Source: Paragordius varius (taxonomy: Eukaryota; Animalia; Nematomorpha). From it: a stretch of DNA of 64,000 nt. The position numbers were made by a program, and so were the translations under genes. The stretch covers positions 434,001 through 498,000 of the forward strand of contig OZ176050.1 of NCBI GenBank assembly GCA_964247055.1. The letters run 5' to 3'. The notes under the pieces are model-generated. The model ran no database searches. It had not been told where the DNA came from and saw nothing but the letters and a program-made list of their open reading frames with translations. Shown here piece after piece: positions 24,654-38,300 of the stretch (positions are counted from its first letter, which is position 1; each line of letters starts with the position of its first letter).

Positions 24654-27600
24654 ATGGCTACCTAAAATCCAAATTTGATCAGGTGATGTCGCCATAATTT
24701 TTTTTGGGTAGCCCTATAGTAGTTCCATCATCACCCCAAATATTTTCGAGATCGGAGTATAAATGTAATTTTTATGAATTTTTTAAATATTTAAAAAATT
24801 TATTTTATACGATTTTAAAAATAAAAATGGCTCCCTAAAATCCAAATTTGATCAGGTGATGTCGCCATAATTTTTTTGGGTAGCTCTATAGTAGTTCCAT
24901 CATCACCCCAAATATTTTTGAGATCGAAGTATAAATGTAATTTTTATGAATTTTTTAAATATTTAAAAAATTTATTTTATACGATTTTAAAAATAAAAAT
25001 GGCTACCTAAAATCCAAATTTGATCAGGTGATGTCGCCATAATTTTTTTTGGGTAGCCCTATAGTAGTTCCATCATCACCCCAAATATTTTTGAGATCAG
25101 AGTATAAATGTAATTTTTATGAATTTTTTAAATATTTAAAAAATTTATTTTATACGATTTTAAAAATAAAAATGGCTACCTAAAATCCAAATTTGATCAC
25201 GTGATGTCGCCATAATTTTTTTTGGGTAGTCCTATGGTAGTTCCATCATCACCCCAAATATTTTGGGGATCGGACTATAAATGTAATTTTTATGAATTTT
25301 TTAAATATTTAAAAAATTTATTTTATACGATTTTAAAAATAAAAATGGCTACCTAAAATCCAAATTTGATCAGGTGATGTCGCCATAATTTTTTTTGAGT
25401 AGCTCTATGGTAGTTCCATCATCACCCCGAATACTTTGGGGATCGGACTATAAATGTAATTTTTATGAATTTTTTAAATATTTAAAAAATTTATTTTATA
25501 CGATTTTAAAAATAAAAATGGCTACCTAAAATCCAAATTTGATCAGGTGATGTCGCCATAATTTTTTTGGGTAGCTCTATAGTAGTTCCATCATCACCCC
25601 AAATATTTTTGAGATCGAAGTATAAATGTAATTTTTATGAATTTTTTAAATATTTAAAAAATTTATTTTATACGATTTTAAAAATAAAAATGCCTACCTA
25701 AAATCCAAATTTGATCAGGTGATGTCGCCATAATTTTTTTTGGGTAGCCCTATCGTAGTTCCATCATCACCCCGAATACTTTGGGGATCGGACTATAAAT
25801 GTAATTTTTATGAATTTTTTAAATATTTAAAAAATTTATTTTATACGATTTTAAAAATAAAAATGGCTACCTAAAATCCAAATTTGATCAGGTGATGTCG
25901 CCATAATTTTTTTTGGGTAGCCCTATGGTAGTTCCATCATCACCCCTAATATTTTGGGGATCGGACTATAAATGTAATTTTTATGAATTTTTTAAATATT
26001 TAAAAAATTTATTTTATACGATTTTAAAAATAAAAATGGCTACCTAAAATCCAAAAATGATCAGGTGATGTCGCCATAATTTTTTTTGGGTAGCCCTATG
26101 GTAGTTCCATCATAACCCCAAATATTTTTGAGATCGGACTTTAAATGTAATTTTTATGAATTTTTTAAATATTTAAAAAATTTATTTTATACGATTTTAA
26201 AAATAAAAATGGCTACCTAAAATCCAAATTTGATCAGGTGATGTCGCCATAATTTTTTTTGGGTAGCCCTATAGTAGTTCCATCATCACCCCAAATATTT
26301 TTGAGATCGGAGTATAAATGTAATTTTTATGAATTTTTTAAATATTTAAAAAATTTATTTTATACGATTTTAAAAATAAAAATGGCCACCTAAAATCCAA
26401 ATTTGATCAGGTGATGTCGCCATAATTTTTTTTGGGTAGTCCTATGGTAGTTCCATCATCACCCCAAATATTTTGGGGATCGGACTATAAATGTAATTTT
26501 TATGAATTTTTTAAATATTTAAAAAATTTATTTTATACGATTTTAAAAATAAAAATGGCTACCTAAAATCCAAATTTGATCAGGTGATGTCCCCATAATT
26601 TTTTTTGGGTAGCCCTATGGTAGTTCCATCATCACCCCAAATATTGTCGAGATCGGAGTATAAATGTAATTTTTTTGAATTTTTTAAATATTTAAAAAAT
26701 TTATTTTATACGATTTTAAAAATAAAAATGGCTACCTAAAATCCAAATTTGATCAGGTGATGTCGCCATAATTTTTTTTGGGTAGCCCTATGGTAGTTCC
26801 ATCATCACCCCTAATATTTTGGGGATCGGACTATAAATGTAATTTTTATGAATTTTTTAAATATTTAAAAAATTTATTTTATACGATTTTAAAAATAAAA
26901 ATGGCTACCTAAAATCCAAAAATGATCAGGTGATGTCGCCATAATTTTTTTTGGGTAGCCCTATGGTAGTTCTATCATCACCCCGAATACTTTGGGGATC
27001 GGACTATAAATGTAATTTTTATGAATTTTTTAAATATTTAAAAAATTTATTTTATACGATTTTAAAAATAAAAATGGCTACTTAAATCCAAATTTGATCA
27101 GGTGATGTCGCCATAATTTTTTTTGGGTAGCCCTATGGTAGTTCCATCATAACCCCAAATATTTTTGAGATCGGACTTTAAATGTAATTTTTATGAATTT
27201 TTTAAATATTTAAAAAATTTATTTTATACGATTTTAAAAATAAAAATGGCTACCTAAAATCCAAATTTGATCAGGTGATGTCGCCATAATTTTTTTTGGG
27301 TAGCCCTATAGTAGTTCCATCATCACCCCAAATATTTTTGAGATCGGAGTATAAATGTAATTTTTATGAATTTTTTAAATATTTAAAAAATTTATTTTAT
27401 ACGATTTTAAAAATAAAAATGGCTACCTAAAATCCAAATTTGATCAGGTGATGTCGCCATAATTTTTTTTGGGTAGTCCTATGGTAGTTCCATCATCACC
27501 CCAAATATTTTGGGGATCGGACTATAAATGTAATTTTTATGAATTTTTTAAATATTTAAAAAATTTATTTTATACGATTTTAAAAATAAAAATGGCTACC

Positions 27601-30600
27601 TAAAATCCAAATTTGATCAGGTGATGTCCCCATAATTTTTTTTGGGTAGCCCTATGGTAGTTCCATCATCACCCCAAATATTGTCGAGATCGGAGTATAA
27701 ATGTAATTTTTTTGAATTTTTTAAATATTTAAAAAATTTATTTTATACGATTTTAAAAATAAAAATGGCTACCTAAAATCCAAATTTGATCAGGTGATGT
27801 CGCCATAATTTTTTTTGGGTAGCCCTATGGTAGTTTCATCATCACCCCTAATATTTTGGGGATCGGACTATAAATGTAATTTTTATGAATTTTTTAAATA
27901 TTTAAAAAATTTATTTTATACGATTTTAAAAATAAAAATGGCTACCTAAAATCCAAAAATGATCAGGTGATGTCGCCATAATTTTTTTTGGGTAGCCCTA
28001 TGGTAGTTCCATCATAACCCCAAATATTTTTGAGATCGGACTTTAAATGTAATTTTTATGAATTTTTTAAATATTTAAAAAATTTATTTTATACGATTTT
28101 AAAAAACAAAATGGCTACCTAAAATCCAAATTTGATCAGGTGATGTCGCCATAATTTTTTTTGGGTAGCCCTATGGTAGTTCCATCATCACCCCAAATAT
28201 TTTCGAGATCGGAGTATAAATGTAATTTTTATGAATTTTTTAAATATTTAAAAAATTTATTTTTTACGATTTTAAAAATAAAAATGGCTACCTAAAATCC
28301 AAATTTGATCAGGTGATGTCCCCATAATTTTTTTTGGGTAGCCCTATGGTAGTTCCATCATCACCCCAAATATTGTCGAGATCGGAGTATAAATGTAATT
28401 TTTTTGAATTTTTTAAATATTTAAAAAATTTATTTTATACGATTTTAAAAATAAAAATGGCTACCTAAAATCCAAATTTGATCAGGTGATGTCGCCATAA
28501 TTTTTTTTGGGTAGCCCTATGGTAGTTCCATCATCACCCCAAATATTTTCGAGATCGGACTATAAATGTAATTTTTATGAATTTTTTAAATATTTAAAAA
28601 ATTTATTTTATACGATTTTAAAAATAAAAATGGCTACCTAAAATCCAAATTTGATCAGGTGATGTCCCCATAATTTTTTTTGGGTAGCCCTATAGTAGTT
28701 CCATCATCACCCCAAATATTTTTGAGATCGGAGTATAAATGTAATTTTTATGAATTTTTTAAATATTTAAAAAATTTATTTTATACGATTTTAAAAATAA
28801 AAATGGCTACCTAAAATCCAAATTTGATCAGGTGATGTCGCCATAATTTTTTTTGGGTAGTCCTATGGTAGTTCCATCATCACCCCAAATATTTTGGGGA
28901 TCGGACTATAAATGTAATTTTTATGAATTTTTTAAATATTTAAAAAATTTATTTTATACGATTTTAAAAATAAAAATGGCTACCTAAAATCCAAATTTGA
29001 TCAGGTGATGTCCCCATAATTTTTTTTGGGTAGCCCTATGGTAGTTCCATCATCACCCCAAATATTGTCGAGATCGGAGTATAAATGTAATTTTTTTGAA
29101 TTTTTTAAATATTTAAAAAATTTATTTTATACGATTTTAAAAATAAAAATGGCTACCTAAAATCCAAATTTGATCAGGTGATGTCGCCATAATTTTTTTT
29201 GGGTAGCCCTATGGTAGTTTCATCATCACCCCTAATATTTTGGGGATCGGACTATAAATGTAATTTTTATGAATTTTTTAAATATTTAAAAAATTTATTT
29301 TATACGATTTTAAAAATAAAAATGGCTACCTAAAATCCAAAAATGATCAGGTGATGTCGCCATAATTTTTTTTGGGTAGCCCTATGGTAGTTCTATCATC
29401 ACCCCGAATACTTTGGGGATCGGACTATAAATGTAATTTTTATGAATTTTTTAAATATTTAAAAAATTTATTTTATACGATTTTAAAAATAAAAATGGCT
29501 ACTTAAATCCAAATTTGATCAGGTGATGTCGCCATAATTTTTTTTGGGTAGCCCTATGGTAGTTCCATCATAACCCCAAATATTTTTGAGATCGGACTTT
29601 AAATGTAATTTTTATGAATTTTTTAAATATTTAAAAAATTTATTTTATACGATTTTAAAAAACAAAATGGCTACCTAAAATTCAAATTTGATCAGGTGAT
29701 GTCGCCATAATTTTTTTTGGGTAGCCCTATGGTAGTTCCATCATCACTTAAAAAATTTATTTTTTACGATTTTAAAAATAAAAATGGCTACCTAAAATCC
29801 AAATTTGATCAGGTGATGTCCCCATAATTTTTTTTGGGTAGCCCTATGGTAGTTCCATCATCACCCCAAATATTGTCGAGATCGGAGTATAAATGTAATT
29901 TTTTTGAATTTTTTAAATATTTAAAAAATTTATTTTATACGATTTTAAAAATAAAAATGGCTACCTAAAATCCAAATTTGATCAGGTGATGTCGCCATAA
30001 TTTTTTTTGGGTAGCCCTATGGTAGTTCCATCATCACCCCAAATATTTTCGAGATCGGACTATAAATGTAATTTTTATGAATTTTTTAAATATTTAAAAA
30101 ATTTATTTTATACGATTTTAAAAATAAAAATGGCTACCTAAAATCCAAATTTGATCAGGTGATGTCCCCATAATTTTTTTTGGGTAGCCCTATGGTAGTT
30201 CCATCATCACCCCAAATATTGTCGAGATCGGAGTATAAATGTAATTTTTTTGAATTTTTTAAATATTTAAAAAATTTATTTTATACGATTTTAAAAATAA
30301 AAATGGCTACCTAAAATCCAAATTTGATCAGGTGATGTCGCCATAATTTTTTTTGGGTAGCCCTATGGTAGTTCCATCATCACCCCAAATATTTTTGAGA
30401 TCGGACTATAAATGTAATTTTTATGAATTTTTTAAATATTTAAAAAATTTATTTTATACGATTTTAAAAATAAAAATGGCTACCTAAAATCCAAATTTGA
30501 TCAGGTGATGTCGCCATAATTTTTTTTGCGTAGCCCTATGGTTGTTCCATCATCACCCCAAATATTTTGGGGATCAGAGTATAAATGTAATTTTTATGAA

Positions 30601-32357
30601 TTTTTTAAATATTTAAAAAATTTATTTTATACGATATTAAAAATAAAAATGGCTACCTAAAATCCAAATTTGATCAGGTGATGTCGCCATAATTTTTTTT
30701 GCGTAGCCCTATGGTTGTTCCATCATCACCCCAAATATTTTCGAGATCGGAGTATAAATGTAATTTTTATGAATTTTCTAAATATTTAAAAAATTTATTT
30801 TATACGATATTAAAAATAAAAATGGCTACCTAAAATCCAAATTTGATCAGGTGATGTCACCATAATTTTTTTTGGGTAGCCCTATGGTAGTTCCATCATC
30901 ACCCCAAATATTTTCGAGATCGGAGTATAAATGTAATTTTTATGAATTTTTTAAATATTTAAAAAATTTATTTTATACGATTTTAAAAATAAAAATGGCT
31001 ACCTAAAATCCAAATTTGATCAGGTGATGTCACCATAATTTTTTTTGGGTAGCCCTATGGTAGTTCCATCATCACCCCAAATATTGTCGAGATCGGATTA
31101 TAAATGTAATTTTTATTTAAAAAATTTATTTTATACGATTTTAAAAATAAAAATGGCTACCTAAAATCCAAATTTGATCAGGTGATGTCACCATAATTTT
31201 TTTTGGGTAGCCTTATGGTACATCATCACCCCAAATATTTTCGAGATCGGAGTATAAATGTAATTTTTATGAATTTTTTAAATATTTAAAAAATTTATTT
31301 TATACGATTTTAAAAATAAAAATGGTTACCTAAAATCGAAATTTGATCAGGTGATGTCACCATAATTTTTTTTGGGTAGCCCTATGGTAGTTCCATCATC
31401 ACCCCAAATATTTTGGGGATCGGACTATAAATGTAATTTTTATGAATTTTTTAAATATGTAAAAAATTTATTTTATACGATTTGAAAAATAAAAATGGCT
31501 ACCTAAAATCCAAATTTGATCAGGTGATGTCGCCATGATTTTTTTACGTAGCCCTATGGTAGTTCCATCATCACCCCAAATATTTTGGGGATCGGACTAT
31601 AAATGTAATTTTTATGAATTTTTTAAATATTTAAAAAATTTATTTTATACGATTTTAAAAATAAAAATGGCTACCTAAAATCTAAATTTGATCAGGTGAT
31701 GTCACCATAATTTTTTTTGGTAGCCCTATGGTAGTTCCATCATCACCCCAAATACTTTGGGGATCGGACTATAAATGTAATTTTTATGAATTTTTTAAAT
31801 ATTTAAAAAATTTATTTTATACGATATTAAAAATAAAAATGGCTACCTAAAATCCAAATTTGATCAGGTGATGTCGCCATAATTTTTTTTGCGTAGCCCT
31901 ATGGTTGTTCCATCATCACCCCAAATATTTTGGGGATCGGAGTATAAATGTAATTTTTATGAATTTTTTAAATATTTAAAAAATTTATTTTATACGATAT
32001 TAAAAATAAAAATGGCTACCTAAAATCCAAATTTGATCAGGTGATGTCGCCATAATTTTTTTTGCGTAGCCCTATGGTTGTTCCATCATCACCCCAAATA
32101 TTTTCGAGAATGGAGTATAAATGTAATTTTTATGAATTTTCTAAATATTTAAAAAATTTATTTTATACGATATTAAAAATAAAAATGGCTACCTAAAATC
32201 CAAATTTGATCAGGTGATGTCGCCATAATTTTTTTTGCGTAGCCCTATGGTTGTTCCATCATCACCCCAAATATTTTCGAGATCGGAGTATAAATGTAAT
32301 TTTTATGAATTTTTTAAATATTTAAAAAATTTATTTTATACGATTTTAAAAATAAAA

Positions 32358-35300
32358 ATGGCTACCTAAAATCCAAATTTGATCAGGTGATGTCACCATA
32401 ATTTTTTTTGGGTAGGCCTATGGTAGTTCCATCATCACCCCAAATATTGTCGAGATCGGATTATAAATGTAATTTTTATTTAAAAAATTTATTTTATACG
32501 ATTTTAAAAATAAAAATGGCTACCTAAAATCCAAATTTGATCAGGTGATGTCACCATAATTTTTTTTGGGTAGCCTTATGGTACATCATCACCCCAAATA
32601 TTTTCGAGATCGGAGTATAAATGTAATTTTTATGAATTTTTTAAATATTTAAAAAATTTATTTTATACGATTTTAAAAATAAAAATGGCTACCTAAAATC
32701 CAAATTTGATCAGGTGATGTCACCATAATTTTTTTTGGGTAGCCCTATGGTAGTTCCATCATCACCCCAAATATTTTGGGGATCGGACTATAAATGTAAT
32801 TTTTATGAATTTTTTTAATATGTAAAAAATTTATTTTATACGATTTGAAAAATAAAAATGGCTACCTAAAATCCAAATTTGATCAGGTGATGTCGCCATG
32901 ATTTTTTTTACGTAGCCCTATGGTAGTTCCATCATCACCCCAAATATTTTGGGGATCGGACTATAAATGTAATTTTTATGAATTTTCTAAATATTTAAAA
33001 AATTTATTTTATACGATATTAAAAATAAAATGGCTACCTAAAATCCAAATTTGATCAGGTGATGTCACCATAATTTTTTTTGGGTAGCCCTATGGTAGTT
33101 CCATCATCACCCCAAATATTTTCGAGATCGGAGTATAAATGTAATTTTTATGAATTTTTTAAATATTTAAAAAATTTATTTTATACGATTTTAAAAATAA
33201 AAATGGCTACCTAAAATCCAAATTTGATCAGGTGATGTCGCCATAATTTTTTTTGGGTAGCCCTATGGTAGTTCCATCATCACCCCAAATATTGTCGAGA
33301 TCGGATTATAAATGTAATTTTTATTTAAAAAATTTATTTTATACGATTTTAAAAATAAAAATGGCTACCTAAAATCCAAATTTGATCAGGTGATGTCACC
33401 ATAATTTTTTTTGGGTAGCCTTATGGTACATCATCACCCCAAATATTTTCGAGATCGGAGTATAAATGTAATTTTTATGAATTTTTTAAATATTTAAAAA
33501 ATTTATTTTATACGATTTTAAAAATAAAAATGGCTACCTAAAATCCAAATTTGATCAGGTGATGTCACCATAATTTTTTTTGGGTAGCCCTATGGTAGTT
33601 CCATCATCACCCCAAATATTTTGGGGATCGGACTATAAATGTAATTTTTATGAATTTTTTAAATATGTAAAAAATTTATTTTATACGATTTGAAAAATAA
33701 AAATGGCTACCTAAAATCCAAATTTGATCAGGTGATGTCGCCATGATTTTTTTTACGTAGCCCTATGGTAGTTCCATCATCACCCCAAATATTTTGGGGA
33801 TCGGACTATAAATGTAATTTTTATGAATTTTTTAAATATTTAAAAAATTTATTTTATACGATTTTAAAAATAAAAATGGCTACCTAAAATCTAAATTTGA
33901 TCAGGTGATGTCACCATAATTTTTTTTTGGTAGCCCTATGGTAGTTCCATCATCACCCCAAATATTTTCGAGATCGGAGTATAAATGTAATTTTTATGAA
34001 TTTTTTAAATATTTAAAAAATTTATTTTATACGATTTTAAAAATAAAAATGGCTACCTAAAATCCAAATTTGATCAGGTGATGTCACCATAATTTTTTTT
34101 GGGTAGCCCTATGGTAGTAGCATCATCACCCCAAATATTTTGGGGATCGGACTATAAATGTAATTTTTATGAATTTTTTAAATATTTAAAAAATTTATTT
34201 TATACGATTTTAAAAATAAAAATGGCTACCTAAAATCCAAATTTGATCAGGTGATGTCGCCATAATTTTTTTTGGGTAGCCCTATGGTAGTTCCATCATC
34301 ACCCCGAATACTTTGGGGATCGGACTATAAATTTAATTTTTATGAATTTTTTAAATATTTAAAAAATTTATTTTATACGATTTTAAAAATAAAAATGGCT
34401 ACCTAAAATCCAAATTTGATCAGGTGATGTCGCCATAATTTTTTTTGGGTAGCCCTATAGTAGTTCCATCATCACCCCAAATATTTTGGGGATCGGACTA
34501 TAAATGTAATTTTTATGAATTTTTTAAATATTTGAAAAATTTATTTTATACGATTTTAAAAATAAAAATGGCTACCTAAAATCCAAATTTGATCAGGTGA
34601 TGTCACCATAATTTTTTTTGCGTAGCCCTATGGTTGTTCCATCATCACCCCAAATATTTTGGGGATCGGAGTATAAATGTAATTTTTATGAATTTTTTAA
34701 ATATTTAAAAAATTTATTTTATACGATATTAAAAATAAAAATGGCTACCTAAAATCCAAATTTGATCAGGTGATGTCGCCATAATTTTTTTTGCGTAGCC
34801 CTAGGGTTGTTCCATCATCACCCCAAACATTTTCGAGATCGGAGTATAAATGTAATTTTTATGAATTTTCTAAATATTTAAAAAATTTATTTTATACGAT
34901 ATTAAAAATAAAAATGGCTACCTAAAATCCAAATTTGATCAGGTGATGTCACCATAATTTTTTTTGGGTAGCCCTATGGTAGTTCCATCATCACCCCAAA
35001 TATTTTCGAGATCGGACTATAAATGTAATTTTTATGAATTTTTTAAATATTTAAAAAATTTATTTTACACGATTTTAAAAATAAAAATGGCTACCTAAAA
35101 TCCAAATTCGATCAGGTGATGTCGCCATAATTTTTTTTGGGTAGCCCTATGGTAGTTCCATCATCACCCCGAATACTTTGGGGATCGGACTATAAATGTA
35201 ATTTTTATGAATTTTTTAAATATTTAAAAAATTTATTTTATACGATTTTAAAAATAAAAATGGCTACCTAAAATCCAAATTTGATCAGGTGATGTCGCCA

Positions 35301-38300
35301 TAATTTTTTTTGGGTAGCCATATAGTAGTTCCATCATCACCAATAATATTTTGGGGATCGGACTATAAATGTAATTTTTATGAATTTTTTAAATATTTGA
35401 AAAATTTATTTTATACGATTTTAAAAATAAAAATGGCTACCTAAAATCCAAATTTGATCAGGTGATGTCACCATAATTTTTTTTGCGTAGCCCTATGGTT
35501 GTTCCATCATCACCCCAAATATTTTGGGGATCGGAGTATAAATGTAATTTTTATGAATTTTTTAAATATTTAAAAAATTTATTTTATACGATTTTAAAAA
35601 TAAAAATGGCTACCTAAAATCCAAATTCGATCAGGTGATGTCGCCATAATTTTTTTTGAGTAGCCCTATGGTAGTTCCATCATCACCCCGAATACTTTGG
35701 GGATCGGACTATAAATGTAATTTTTATGAATTTTTTAAATATTTAAAAAATTTATTTTATACGATTTTAAAAATAAAAATGGCTCCCTAAAATCCAAATT
35801 TGATCAGGTGATGTCGCCATAAATTTTTTTGGGTAGCCCTATGGTAGTTCCATCATCACCCCAAATATTTTCGAGATCGGAGTATTAATGTAATTTTTAT
35901 GAATTTATTAAATATTTAAAAAATTTATTTTATACGATTTTAAAAATAAAAATGGCTACCTAAAATCCAAATTTGATCAGGTGATGTCACCATAATTTTT
36001 TTTGGGTAGCCCTATGGTAGTTCCATCATCACCCCAAATATTTTCGAGATCGGAGTATAAATGTAATTTTTATGAATTTTTTAAATATTTAAAAAATTTA
36101 TTTTATACGATTTTAAAAATAAAAATGGCTACCTAAAATCCAAATTTGATCAGGTGATGTCGCCATAATTTTTTTTGAGTAGCTCTATGGTAGTTCCATC
36201 ATCACCCCGAATACTTTGGGGATCGGACTATAAATGTAATTTTTATGAATTTTTTAAATATTTAAAAAATTTATTTTATACGATTTTAAAAATAAAAATG
36301 GCTACCTAAAATCCAAATTTGATCAGGTGATGTCGCCATAATTTTTTTGGGTAGCTCTATAGTAGTTCCATCATCATCCCAAATATTTTTGAGATCGAAG
36401 TATAAATGTAATTTTTATGAATTTTTTAAATATTTAAAAAATTTATTTTATACGATTTTAAAAATAAAAATGCCTACCTAAAATCCAAATTTGATCAGGT
36501 GATGTCGCCATAATTTTTTTTGGGTAGCCCTATCGTAGTTCCATCATCACCCCGAATACTTTGGGGATCGGACTATAAATGTAATTTTTATGAATTTTTT
36601 AAATATTTAAAAAATTTATTTTATACGATTTTAAAAATAAAAATGGCTACCTAAAATCCAAATTCGATCAGGTGATGTCGCCATAATTTTTTTTGAGTAG
36701 CCCTATGGTAGTTCCATCATCACCCCGAATACTTTGGGGATCGGACTATAAATGTAATTTTTATGAATTTTTTAAATATTTAAAAAATTTATTTTATACG
36801 ATTTTAAAAATAAAAATGGCTACCTAAAATCCAAATTTGATCAGGTGATGTCGCCATAATTTTTTTTGGGTAGCCCTATAGTAGTTCCATCATCACCCCA
36901 AATATTTTCGAGATCGGAGTATAAATGTAATTTTTATGAATTTTTTAAATATTTAAAAAATTTATTTTATACGATTTTAAAAATAAAAATGGCTCCCTAA
37001 AATCCAAATTTGATCAGGTGATGTCGCCATAAATTTTTTTTGGGTAGCCCTATGGTAGTTCCATCATCACCCCAAATATTTTCGAGATCGGAGTATTAAT
37101 GTAATTTTTATGAATTTATTAAATATTTAAAAAATTTATTTTATACGATTTTAAAAATAAAAATGGCTACCTAAAATCCAAATTTGATCAGGTGATGTCA
37201 CCATAATTTTTTTTGGGTAGCCCTATGGTAGTTCCATCATCACCCCTAATATTTTCGAGATCGGAGTATAAATGTAATTTTTATGAATTTTTTAAATATT
37301 TAAAAAATTTATTTTATACGATTTTAAAAATAAAAATGGCTACCTAAAATCCAAATTTGATCAGGTGATGTCGCCATAATTTTTTTGGGTAGCTCTATAG
37401 TAGTTCCATCATCACCCCAAATATTTTTGAGATCGAAGTATAAATGTAATTTTTATGAATTTTTTAAATATTTAAAAAATTTATTTTATACGATTTTAAA
37501 AATAAAAATGCCTACCTAAAATCCAAATTTGATCAGGTGATGTCGCCATAATTTTTTTTGGGTAGCCCTATCGTAGTTCCATCATCACCCCGAATACTTT
37601 GGGGATCGGACTATAAATGTAATTTTTATGAATTTTTTAAATATTTAAAAAATTTATTTTATACGATTTTAAAAATAAAAATGGCTACCTAAAATCCAAA
37701 TTTGATCAGGTGATGTCACCATAATTTTTTTTGGGTAGCCCTATGGTAGTTCCATCATCACCCCAAATATTGTCGAGATCGGATTATAAATGTAATTTTT
37801 ATTTAAAAAATTTATTTTATACGATTTTAAAAATAAAAATGGCTACCTAAAATCCAAATTTGATCAGGTGATGTCACCATAATTTTTTTTGGGTAGCCTT
37901 ATGGTACATCATCACCCCAAATATTTTCGAGATCGGAGTATAAATGTAATTTTTATGAATTTTTTAAATATTTAAAAAATTTATTTTATACGATTTTAAA
38001 AATAAAAATGGCTACCTAAAATCCAAATTTGATCAGGTGATGTCACCATAATTTTTTTTGGGTAGCCCTATGGTAGTTCCATCATCACCCCAAATATTTT
38101 GGGGATCGGACTATAAATGTAATTTTTATGAATTTTTTTAATATGTAAAAAATTTATTTTATACGATTTGAAAAATAAAAATGGCTACCTAAAATCCAAA
38201 TTTGATCAGGTGATGTCGCCATGATTTTTTTTACGTAGCCCTATGGTAGTTCCATCATCACCCCAAATATTTTGGGGATCGGACTATAAATGTAATTTTT

